The position numbers were made by a program, and so were the translations under genes. From Actinomycetota bacterium (lineage in GTDB: Bacteria > Actinomycetota > Actinomycetes > S36-B12), in the NCBI GenBank assembly GCA_947449035.1, contig CANFQC010000005.1:6765-70764 (forward strand): 64,000 bases of DNA, written 5' to 3'. The notes below the pieces were generated by a model, which saw nothing but the letters and a program-made list of their open reading frames with translations, searched no databases and was not told the DNA's origin. The first letter of the stretch is position 1; every line of letters begins with the position of its first letter. Positions 20,507 to 28,760 of the stretch are shown piece by piece.

Positions 20507-21652
20507 ATGTCAGCAATAAGCACCAAGGGGCGCATCGGAATGCTCCTCACCATGGGCGCGGTAAGCGTGCTCGCCCTCTCTGCCTGCGGTGGCGAGACGA
20601 CCGTCGGAGGCGGAGCTTCTGCTGAGGCTGCAGCCCCCAGCGCAGCTGCCTCTGTCGCAGCGGCCGACTTCCCAACCCCTAACGGCGGTGAGCTCAATCT
20701 CTACAACTGGACCGATTACATCTCGCCCGATCTGCTGAAGCGATTCGAGACGGAGACCGGCATCAAGGTCAACCTCGACACATACGACAGCAACGAGACT
20801 CTGTTGGCGAAGCTGCAGGCGGGCGGCGCCAACTATGACGTCATCCTGCCCAGCGATTACATGGTCAAGCAGATGATCGATCTCGGATTGCTCGAGAAGG
20901 TTGCCCCGTCCACCTTCCCGAATGGTGGCGGCATCAAGCCTGAGTTCCTGGACGTCTACTTCGACCAGGGTCGCCAGTACACCGCGCCGTACATGTACGG
21001 CACCACCGGCATCGCGGTCGATCCGACCAAGACGTCACGGCCGGTCACCAGCTGGGCGGACTTCTTCTCGGCTGACAACCCCGCGGCAGGCAAGGTCGGC
21101 ACTCTGAACGATCAGGTCGAGGTTATTCACGCCGCACTTCGCGCCGTGGGCTCCAAGCCCTGCTCGACCGACAAGGCCGACTACATCAAGGTCGAAGAGC
21201 TTCTCAAGGGCTGGAAGCCGAATGTGGCCGTCATCAACTCCGACGGTGTCATCGGCCGCATGGCCAGTGGCGAGCAGACCATGCACATGATGTGGAACGG
21301 TGCTTTCACTCGCTCACAGGCCGACAACAAGGCTCTTGAGTACGTCTACCCGACCGAGGGCATGAACCTCTGGCAGGACAACTTCGCGATTCCGGTCGGT
21401 GCGCAGAACGTCGACAACGCGAAGATCTTCATCAACTGGATGATGGATCCGAAGAATATCGGCGAGGCCACCAACTTCGTCGGCTACGACAACGGCATCA
21501 CCGGTTCGTCTGAGTTCATGTCCAAGGACCTGAGCTCGAACCCGGCAGTCATCATCCCCGATGACAAGAAGGCACTCGCCACTCCGACGCCGGCGTGCCC
21601 GACAGAGGCCGTGGATCTGTACGACCAGGTCTGGACCAACTTCAAGAAGTAG
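20507..21652 (+). CDS. potD: Polyamine ABC transporter substrate-binding lipoprotein (PotD/PotF-like)
   Basis: Lipobox LSAC; LNLYNWTDYI, YDSNETL, YDVILPSDYM, PYMYGTTGI, WNG, PTEG..W.D motifs. Confidence 0.88.
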   Translation: MSAISTKGRIGMLLTMGAVSVLALSACGGETTVGGGASAEAAAPSAAASVAAADFPTPNGGELNLYNWTDYISPDLLKRFETETGIKVNLDTYDSNETLLAKLQAGGANYDVILPSDYMVKQMIDLGLLEKVAPSTFPNGGGIKPEFLDVYFDQGRQYTAPYMYGTTGIAVDPTKTSRPVTSWADFFSADNPAAGKVGTLNDQVEVIHAALRAVGSKPCSTDKADYIKVEELLKGWKPNVAVINSDGVIGRMASGEQTMHMMWNGAFTRSQADNKALEYVYPTEGMNLWQDNFAIPVGAQNVDNAKIFINWMMDPKNIGEATNFVGYDNGITGSSEFMSKDLSSNPAVIIPDDKKALATPTPACPTEAVDLYDQVWTNFKK

Positions 21653-21665
21653 TACATCGTCGATT

Positions 21666-21691
21666 GGGCGGGGGGCTTCGGCCCCCCGCCC
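21666..21691 (+). terminator. GC-rich hairpin after potD (terminator or mRNA stabiliser)
   Basis: GGGCGGGGGGC-TTCG-GCCCCCCGCCC with a UUCG tetraloop; no U-tract. Confidence 0.7.
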
Positions 21692-21709
21692 TTCGTCGCG
21701 ACATAAGGA

Positions 21710-23332
21710 GTGCACGTGCCGATCACCCGTATCGAGAATGTCATCGTCTGGACGGGAATCCGCTCCGCTGATGGCGGTTACATCGAGGCCACCTCGGTTG
21801 CGTTTGATAGTGACGGAATCCTGGCTCTCGGCGATGCTGCGAACGCTTTGACCGTCGATCACGTCATCGATGGTGCGGGCGGCTTCGTCTGCGCAGCATT
21901 CCGAGACGGACACGTGCATGCCATCCCGGGCGGATTCGAAGGGGCGATCGCACCCGTGCGCGGCCACTCGACACCGCAGGAGATCGCTGCCGCGGTGGGT
22001 ACCTGGGCACGAGCGAATCCCGACGTTGAATGGGTGCGAGGCGAAGGCTTCGATCACACGCTCGCACCAGAGGGAATCTTCCTGGCTTCCTGGCTCGATG
22101 CAGACGTGCCTGATCGCCCCGTTGTGCTGCGTGCCACTGACTACCACACCGTGTGGGTCAATTCCGAGGCCCTACGCCGAGTGGGCTACGCCGCGGACAC
22201 TCCGCAGCCTCATGACGGCGAGATAGTCCGTAACGAATCAGGGGAGCCCGTCGGCACCCTGCGCGAATGGGGCGCCTGGCGCCCCGTGTACGACTTAATG
22301 CCCAAGATGACGCGCGAGCAGGCACTTGCAGCTCTCAGAATTGCGTCTGATGGATTTGCGGCCGCTGGCCTCGTCTGGGTTCAAGACGCCTGGATTGAAC
22401 CGCACGATGTCGACTCCTGGCTAGCGGGAGTCGATGAGGGCATTGTGGATTTCCGAGCTGACCTGGGTCTGTGGTGCGATCCGAATACCTGGCGCGACCA
22501 GCTCGATCACTTTGCGAAGACCCGTGAGCGAGTCGCGGCAGCGACGTCCGGTCGACTCTCATCAACGACGATCAAGTTCTTCGCCGATGGAGTTATCGAA
22601 TCCGGAACCGGCGCGCTGCTTGAGTCGTACTGCGATTGCCCGCACTCACTCGGCATGCCCAACTGGGATCCGCAGGAGCTCAAGCTCGCCGTAGCTGCGG
22701 TCGATGCTCTCGGCTTCAGCCCGCACATTCACGCGATTGGTGATGCGGCAGCGCGCATGGCCCTTGATGCCATCGAGTACGCCAATTCCGTGAACGGTGC
22801 ACGTGACCGCAGAGCCACCATTGCTCATACTCAGTTGGTCGACGAGGCAGACATCGAGCGTTTCGTGCAGCTCGGCGTCATTGCCAACTTCGAGCCCTAC
22901 TGGGCCAAGTTCGATGCATGGCAAACAGAACTCACTGCCCCGCGGCTTGGCCCTGAGCGCACCGATCGGCAGTACATGATCCGCACGATCCTCGATACGG
23001 GTGCGCCGATTTCCTTCGGCAGCGACTGGCCGGTCACGACGTTCGCTCCGCTCGCGGGCATCCAGGTTGCTGTCACGCGGCAGATGACCGAGGGTGACTT
23101 CCGTGACCCCTGGGTGCCGCAGGAACGCATCACCGTGGAGCAGGCCCTGGCGGCCTACACCTCCGGGGTCAGTTTCCAGGCCGGTGATGAGCGCGGTGGC
23201 GTACTTCGCCCTGGCGCCCGATCCGACGTCGTGCTGCTTGCTCGCGACCCGCGCGCAGTGCCCCCGCTGGAGATCGAAGGCATCGCGGTTGTCGGCACCT
23301 GGTGCGACGGGCACCGAGTGCACGGAGCCTGA
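21710..23332 (+). CDS. Metal-dependent amidohydrolase, YtcJ/NfdA-like (Amidohydro_3)
   Basis: DGHVH, KFFADG, HIHAIGD, IAHTQ and GSDWPV motifs; SD AAGGAG; start 21710 or 21716. Confidence 0.92.
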   Translation: MHVPITRIENVIVWTGIRSADGGYIEATSVAFDSDGILALGDAANALTVDHVIDGAGGFVCAAFRDGHVHAIPGGFEGAIAPVRGHSTPQEIAAAVGTWARANPDVEWVRGEGFDHTLAPEGIFLASWLDADVPDRPVVLRATDYHTVWVNSEALRRVGYAADTPQPHDGEIVRNESGEPVGTLREWGAWRPVYDLMPKMTREQALAALRIASDGFAAAGLVWVQDAWIEPHDVDSWLAGVDEGIVDFRADLGLWCDPNTWRDQLDHFAKTRERVAAATSGRLSSTTIKFFADGVIESGTGALLESYCDCPHSLGMPNWDPQELKLAVAAVDALGFSPHIHAIGDAAARMALDAIEYANSVNGARDRRATIAHTQLVDEADIERFVQLGVIANFEPYWAKFDAWQTELTAPRLGPERTDRQYMIRTILDTGAPISFGSDWPVTTFAPLAGIQVAVTRQMTEGDFRDPWVPQERITVEQALAAYTSGVSFQAGDERGGVLRPGARSDVVLLARDPRAVPPLEIEGIAVVGTWCDGHRVHGA

Positions 23333-23333
23333 C

Positions 23334-24086
23334 ATGCCCCTGACTCCCGGCGAGAGTGATCGACTCCTGCTGCATCTCGAGGCCTCCCTCGCGCAGCGTC
23401 GACGTGACCGGGGTCTGCGCCTGAACGTGCCGGAAGCACGTGCGCTCATCGCGGATGCAGTGTGCGAATGGGCGCGCGACGGCCTGAGCCTGGTCGAGAC
23501 GCGTGACCGTGCAGCGAACCTGCTGAGTGCGACTGATGTATTGCCGGGGGTAGCGGAGGCACTCGGCGAAATTCGAGTGGAAGCCCGCTTCGACGACGGC
23601 ACGCGGCTCGTCGTGGTCAAGGATCCCTGCGGCCCCGCCGCAGCTAGTGATGCCCAGGTGCAAGACGCTTGGGTGCCGGTCGCGCGAGCCACCATCGAGT
23701 TCAGCAACGAGGCGCCCACCGCCATCGGCTTGACCTCTCACATTCACCTCGCCGAGGTAAATCCGCGTCTGCGACTGGATCGCTCGGCGGCCTTTGGAAT
23801 GCGCCTGGCAATCCCCACGGGGGAGACAGTGTGGATCAATGCGGGCGAGTCGATTCAGCTGCCGATGACGCCGATCGCGGGCGAGCGCGTAGTCATCGGC
23901 AACTCCGGAGTGATCGACGGGAGTCTCGACGACCCGGCCGTGCGCTCCCGAGCGCTTGAGACCTTACGCAACTGTGGCTACCTGGATGTCGTCGACGGAG
24001 TTCACGTCGGTGATCTCGCTTCAGCTGACACGGCGATCGCATCGTTGATGGCCGCACGGCGTGCTGCGGACGAGGCCACCTCATGA
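23334..24086 (+). CDS. ureAB: Fused urease gamma-beta subunit (divergent)
   Basis: Gamma part MPLTPGESDRL..RGLRLNVPEA..VEARFDDGTRLVVV; beta part TSHIHLAEVNPRL.LDRSAAFGMRLAIP. Confidence 0.88.
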   Translation: MPLTPGESDRLLLHLEASLAQRRRDRGLRLNVPEARALIADAVCEWARDGLSLVETRDRAANLLSATDVLPGVAEALGEIRVEARFDDGTRLVVVKDPCGPAAASDAQVQDAWVPVARATIEFSNEAPTAIGLTSHIHLAEVNPRLRLDRSAAFGMRLAIPTGETVWINAGESIQLPMTPIAGERVVIGNSGVIDGSLDDPAVRSRALETLRNCGYLDVVDGVHVGDLASADTAIASLMAARRAADEATS

Positions 24087-25735
24087 GCCGCGAATACGGG
24101 CCGCTCGAAGGTGACACGGTAATCCTGGGTGACACCAAGCTGCGCTTGCGCATTGATTCTCGTGTTCCCGATCAAGGCGATGAGTTTCGTGTCGGCTTCG
24201 CGAAGACTGGTCGCGACGGCATGGGCCTTCGTTCACTCGGGGCCCGTGAATCGTGCGACCTGCTCATCACCAATGTCGTGGTCCTCGATCCTGTCGACGG
24301 GGTTCGAGTCGCGAGTATTGGCATTCGCGAGGGACGCATTTGCGGCATCGGCAAGGCAGGTAACCCTGACACCACTGACGGGATCGACATCGTGGTCGGT
24401 ACCGGCACAGCGGTTATCGATGGTGACGGCCTGATTGCCACCCCAGGTGGCATCGATACCCATGTGCACACTCTCAGCCCACGAGTGTTCGAGGCCGAGA
24501 TCTCCTCGGGAGTCACCACGGTGATCGGCCAGGACGCTGGCCCGATGTGGGGAGTGGGCCTTGGCTCCGCGTGGATGATCGAACGCGGCCTACGTGCCAT
24601 GGACATCTTCCCCGTCAATGTTGGGCTACTGGGGCGTGGCTCTTCCTCGCACAGTGCATCGATCCGTGAAGCGGTGAGTGCGCATGTCTGCGGACTCAAG
24701 GTGCACGAGGACACCGGCGCCACCTTGAGCACGATCGACACCGCGCTTCGAGTCGCGGATGAGTTCGACTTCCAGGTAGCACTTCACACCGATGGCCTGA
24801 ACGAGACGATGAGTGTCGAGGACACTCTGTCGGTTCTCGACGGACGAGTGCTGCACGCCTTCCATGTCGAAGGATGCGGCGGTGGTCATGCGCCAAACGT
24901 GCTGCAGCTTGCCGGAGTCGACAACATCCTTGCGTCATCGACAAACCCGACTCTGCCCTACGGAGTCAATGCAGTTGCCGAACATCTCGACATGATCTTG
25001 CTGTGCCACGGAATGAATCCGGGCAATGACAGTGACGTGCGCATTGCTCGCTCACGCGTACGTGGAGTCACGATGGCGGCTGAGGGGCGCCTGCATGACC
25101 TTGGAGTCATCGGAGTGACGTCATCGGACGCTCAGGGCATGGGTCGCGCGGGGGAGACCTGGTGGCGCACCTTCGCCCTCGCCGGAGTTCTTGCCGGCAT
25201 TGATCCCGAAGCCGAGAATTTCGCAGACGACAACGAGCGCATTCTGCGCTACCTCGCGAAGATCACAATCAATCCTGCGCTTGTTCACGGACTCGCGCAT
25301 GAGGTCGGTCGTCTGGCGGTCGGACACCTCGCCGACATCGTGCTGTGGCGCCCCGAGTATTTCGCTGCAAAGCCTCAGCTCGTCATCAAGGGCGGATTCC
25401 CGGCCTGGGGTGTCACCGGTGATCCGAATGCAAGCATCGACTCCGCGGAGCCCCTCGTACTCGGCCCGCAGTACGGCGCGCTCGGTGCAGCAGCTTCGGA
25501 TCTTTCCGTGCTCTTCTCGAATGCTGCCGCTGTCGCCGAGAGTGCCCCGCCGGTGGCGCGACGAGTAGTCGCAGTGCGCGACTGTCGCACGATCAGGGCA
25601 CATGACCTCGTGCGGCACGGAGCCGTCGGCCAGGTTCAGGTGAGTAGTGATGGCTCGAGTGTTACCTGGAACGGCGAGTCACTCACCATGGATCCCGTGA
25701 GCGATGTGCCGATCTCGCGCCTGCACTATTGGTAG
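24083..25735 (+). CDS. ureC: Urease alpha-subunit homolog (divergent)
   Basis: GKAGNPD, IDTHVH, GLKVHED, HTD.LNE, HVEGCGGGHAP, SSTNPT.PY, SSDAQGMGR, KITINPA. Confidence 0.92.
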   Translation: MSREYGPLEGDTVILGDTKLRLRIDSRVPDQGDEFRVGFAKTGRDGMGLRSLGARESCDLLITNVVVLDPVDGVRVASIGIREGRICGIGKAGNPDTTDGIDIVVGTGTAVIDGDGLIATPGGIDTHVHTLSPRVFEAEISSGVTTVIGQDAGPMWGVGLGSAWMIERGLRAMDIFPVNVGLLGRGSSSHSASIREAVSAHVCGLKVHEDTGATLSTIDTALRVADEFDFQVALHTDGLNETMSVEDTLSVLDGRVLHAFHVEGCGGGHAPNVLQLAGVDNILASSTNPTLPYGVNAVAEHLDMILLCHGMNPGNDSDVRIARSRVRGVTMAAEGRLHDLGVIGVTSSDAQGMGRAGETWWRTFALAGVLAGIDPEAENFADDNERILRYLAKITINPALVHGLAHEVGRLAVGHLADIVLWRPEYFAAKPQLVIKGGFPAWGVTGDPNASIDSAEPLVLGPQYGALGAAASDLSVLFSNAAAVAESAPPVARRVVAVRDCRTIRAHDLVRHGAVGQVQVSSDGSSVTWNGESLTMDPVSDVPISRLHYW

Positions 25736-25747
25736 GCCGCTGGCGGG

Positions 25748-26521
25748 CTAGCTCAGTGCGGAGCGGATAGCCCAGACGAGTTCGGTCGGCGCATCGACCA
25801 TCGCCGGGCCGTACCAGGTGAGCAGACGTCCGCTCACCAAGGCGGCGTGCGCAGCGAAGGCCTCGGGGCCGTCGTCGATGGTGAACAGGTACGGCTCATC
25901 GGGCAAGATCACTAGCTCTGTGTCAGGCACTTGATGCAGGTCCAGCTTGGGGTAGCGATCCGGGTGGAGTCCGAGTGCATTGAAGATGCCGAGCCTGCCG
26001 AGCAGTTCACCCGCATACGTATCGGAGCCGACGAACATCCAGGGCTTTCGCCAGATCGGGATGAGGGCGGTGACGGGGTAGTCGAATACCGGCTCGGGAT
26101 TCGCCCAGTTCGCGCGAGCCTGTTCGAGCCACGGCACTCTTGGCTGGCCAAGGGCCTCGAAGAGTCGCGTCATTGACGCGATGGCTTGGTCGACATTGCG
26201 AATCTCAGTGACCCACACTGCAAGCCCCGCGTCACGAAGCTCGGCAATGTGCTCGGGCTTGTTCTCCTCCTCATTCGCGATGACGAGGTCAGGTGCCATG
26301 GCAATGATCGCGGTGACATCGGGATTTTTGGTGCCACGAATACGCGGGACGTCGAGACCCTCGGGATGGGTGCACCAGTCGGTAGCCGCGATGATCGCGC
26401 CGGGCATGGTGGCCTCAACCGCTTCGGTAAGTGAGGGCACCAAGCTCACGATTCGGGTCACGTGCTCGGGGAGCATCACCTTCGCGCCGAGGTCATCGTG
26501 CAACTCACGTATGGCGCTCAT
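25748..26521 (-). CDS. Helical-backbone metal/cobalamin-binding protein without signal peptide
   Basis: RIVSLVPSLTE, TDWCTHP, GTKNPD, PDLVIANEEEN, LPDEPY, WYGP. Confidence 0.85.
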   Translation of the reverse strand: MSAIRELHDDLGAKVMLPEHVTRIVSLVPSLTEAVEATMPGAIIAATDWCTHPEGLDVPRIRGTKNPDVTAIIAMAPDLVIANEEENKPEHIAELRDAGLAVWVTEIRNVDQAIASMTRLFEALGQPRVPWLEQARANWANPEPVFDYPVTALIPIWRKPWMFVGSDTYAGELLGRLGIFNALGLHPDRYPKLDLHQVPDTELVILPDEPYLFTIDDGPEAFAAHAALVSGRLLTWYGPAMVDAPTELVWAIRSALS

Positions 26522-27558
26522 GCACCCGTTCCTGCGACGAGAGTGGTGAGTGCCGCGACAAATGCATCGAGATCATCTGTCGTGGTGTCCCAGGAGCACA
26601 TCCAGCGCACCTCGTTGGTGGCCTCGTTCCACACATAGAACGGGGCAACTTCTTGCAGAGCGGGAGTGATCGCGGCGGGGATGAGTGCGAAAACGGCATT
26701 CGCCTCCACTGCCTGGGTGATCGTGACGCCTGGTATCCCCGTCACCTTTGCTTCCAGGTAACGCGCCATCGCATTGGAATGCTCGGCGTTTGCGCGCCAG
26801 AGATCATTCTCGAGTAGCGCGACGAACTGAGCCGAGGTGAAGCGCATCTTGCTGGCCAACTGCATGTACTGCTTGCGGATGTAACCGAGGGTCTCGCCGG
26901 CCTTGAGCTCGGGATTGAGCACGACCACGGCCTCGGCTCCCAGTGCGCCATTCTTGGTGGCACCGAAGGAGAGTGCATCAATGCCCACGTCGGTCGTCAT
27001 CTGCTTGAAGGTGCAGCCCAGTCCTGCTGCGGCATTAGCGATGCGGGCGCCATCGAGGTAGACGTACATGTCGAGTTCATGGGCCGTCGAGGTGATCGCC
27101 CGAAGCTCATCGAGGGAGTAACGCGTGCCGTATTCGGTCGACTGAGTGATCAGCACTACCCGTGGCTGCGCGTGATGGAAGTCGCCGATGCCCCAGTGCT
27201 GGGCACGAATGAGTTCGGGGGTGATCTTCGCGTCGGTGCTCGGCACCGTGATGACCTTCGAACCGAGTAGTTTCTCGGGTGCACCTGCCTCATCGACATT
27301 CACGTGAGCCGTGGTGGCGCAGATCACCGACTCCCAGGTACGCAGCATCGACTGCATGCCGACAACGTTGGCACCCGTGCCGTTGAAGACCGGAAAGACC
27401 TCTGCCTGTCCGCCGAACTCGCCGCGGATCAGCTCCAATGCGCGAGCTGTCCAGGGGTCGGCGCCATAGGAAATAGCGTGATCGGCATTGGCCTCGACAA
27501 TCGCTTCAAGTACACGTGGGTGAACCCCGGAATGGTTGTCACTGGCAAGGGAGCGCAT
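26518..27558 (-). CDS. Low-specificity L-threonine aldolase (PLP)
   Basis: ASDN, NGTGAN, TQSTEYGT, DGARIANA, SFGATKNG, LASKMRF; start moved to MRSLASDN. Confidence 0.92.
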   Translation of the reverse strand: MRSLASDNHSGVHPRVLEAIVEANADHAISYGADPWTARALELIRGEFGGQAEVFPVFNGTGANVVGMQSMLRTWESVICATTAHVNVDEAGAPEKLLGSKVITVPSTDAKITPELIRAQHWGIGDFHHAQPRVVLITQSTEYGTRYSLDELRAITSTAHELDMYVYLDGARIANAAAGLGCTFKQMTTDVGIDALSFGATKNGALGAEAVVVLNPELKAGETLGYIRKQYMQLASKMRFTSAQFVALLENDLWRANAEHSNAMARYLEAKVTGIPGVTITQAVEANAVFALIPAAITPALQEVAPFYVWNEATNEVRWMCSWDTTTDDLDAFVAALTTLVAGTGA

Positions 27559-27594
27559 CCCGCCACGGTACCAACTCGCCATTAGGCTCGATCC

Positions 27595-28566
27595 ATGTTC
27601 GCTGTCTACGCCGCTGCTGTCGACCCTGCCGACCCGTTGTCCTGCCTCGGGGTAGGAGAGCTTCCCCGGCCCAGTACTCCTGACGAGTGGGTGACCGTGC
27701 GCGTGAGAGCCGCGAGCCTGAACCATCACGACCTCTGGGCGCTCAAGGGTGTCGCGCTGAAGGCTGAGCAGGTGCCGATGATCTTGGGCACCGATGCCGC
27801 AGGTGTCACCGACGATGGCCGCGAGGTGATCATCCATGCGGTGCTTGGTGATCCGGCTGCTGGCCGTGGGGATGAGACCCTCGACCCGAAGCGATCCCTG
27901 TTTAGTGAGATCTATCCGGGCACGATCGCCGAATTCGTACGCGTACCGGCAGGCAATCTTCTCGACAAGCCCGCTGAGCTCAGTTGGGAGGAAGCTGCCT
28001 GCCTCCCTACCGCGTGGCTCACGGCGTACCGCATGCTCGCGACGAAGTCGGGGCTTCAGAAGGGCGACACGGTTCTGGTGCAGGGGGCAGCCGGCGGAGT
28101 CGCAACCGCATTGATCATGCTGGGCAAGGCCCTAGGTTTCACTGTCTGGGCAACGTCGCGTGATGAGGCCAAGCGCGAATGGGCGCTGTCGATCGGCGCG
28201 GACCAAGCTTTCGAGACCGGCGCTCGACTCCCGTATCCCGTTGACGCAGTGATGGAGACCGTTGGCGAGGCCACGTGGGATCACTCGATGAAATCGCTGC
28301 GCCCCGGTGGTCGCATCGTGATTTCTGGTGCCACCTCGGGAGCCATGCCGCCAGCGCAGTTGCGACGTCTCTTCTTCCTTCAGCTCGAGGTGGTTGGCTC
28401 CACCATGGGGACGATCGGTGAATTCCGTGATCTCGTCGACCTGCTGATGCGCACCGGCGTGCGGCCTGTCATTGACCGCGTGCTGCCTATGCAGCAAGCG
28501 GCCGAAGCATTTTCGATCATGAACGAAGGTTCAGTGCACGGGAAGCTCGTGCTCACCCTCGGCTAA
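27595..28566 (+). CDS. Zinc-binding dehydrogenase / NADPH:quinone oxidoreductase family protein
   Basis: AASLNHHDLW, CLPTAWLTAYRML, VLVQGAAGGVA, GSTMG. Confidence 0.92.
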   Translation: MFAVYAAAVDPADPLSCLGVGELPRPSTPDEWVTVRVRAASLNHHDLWALKGVALKAEQVPMILGTDAAGVTDDGREVIIHAVLGDPAAGRGDETLDPKRSLFSEIYPGTIAEFVRVPAGNLLDKPAELSWEEAACLPTAWLTAYRMLATKSGLQKGDTVLVQGAAGGVATALIMLGKALGFTVWATSRDEAKREWALSIGADQAFETGARLPYPVDAVMETVGEATWDHSMKSLRPGGRIVISGATSGAMPPAQLRRLFFLQLEVVGSTMGTIGEFRDLVDLLMRTGVRPVIDRVLPMQQAAEAFSIMNEGSVHGKLVLTLG

Positions 28567-28578
28567 CGAGGCGGGCGA

Positions 28579-28758
28579 TCAATCCTCGTCATCATCATCG
28601 AGGCGGGCGATCCAGCTGGCCAGGCGCTCGATTGGGGTCTCGAACTCCGGATTCAGGTCGACGAACTCACGAAGGCGCTCGGCCAGCCAGTCGAGGCTGA
28701 CGTCTTCCTCGCCTCGGCGCTTCTGGAGCTCCTCGATGCCACGGTCGGTGAAGTACAT
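28579..28758 (-). CDS. Small acidic conserved protein (DUF6104-like)
   Basis: MYFTDRGIEEL..RRGEE..WLAERLREFVDLNPEFETPIERLASWIARLD; starts 2 nt after the kgd stop. Confidence 0.85.
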   Translation of the reverse strand: MYFTDRGIEELQKRRGEEDVSLDWLAERLREFVDLNPEFETPIERLASWIARLDDDDED

Positions 28759-28760
28759 GG

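Noticed and set aside
22646..23725. Long alternative-frame ORFs such as this 359-aa minus-strand ORF, and similar ones at 6749, 21314, 44676, 46895 and 59945
   Set aside because: They overlap well-supported genes on the opposite strand and have no recognisable motifs; such ORFs are expected in high-GC DNA.
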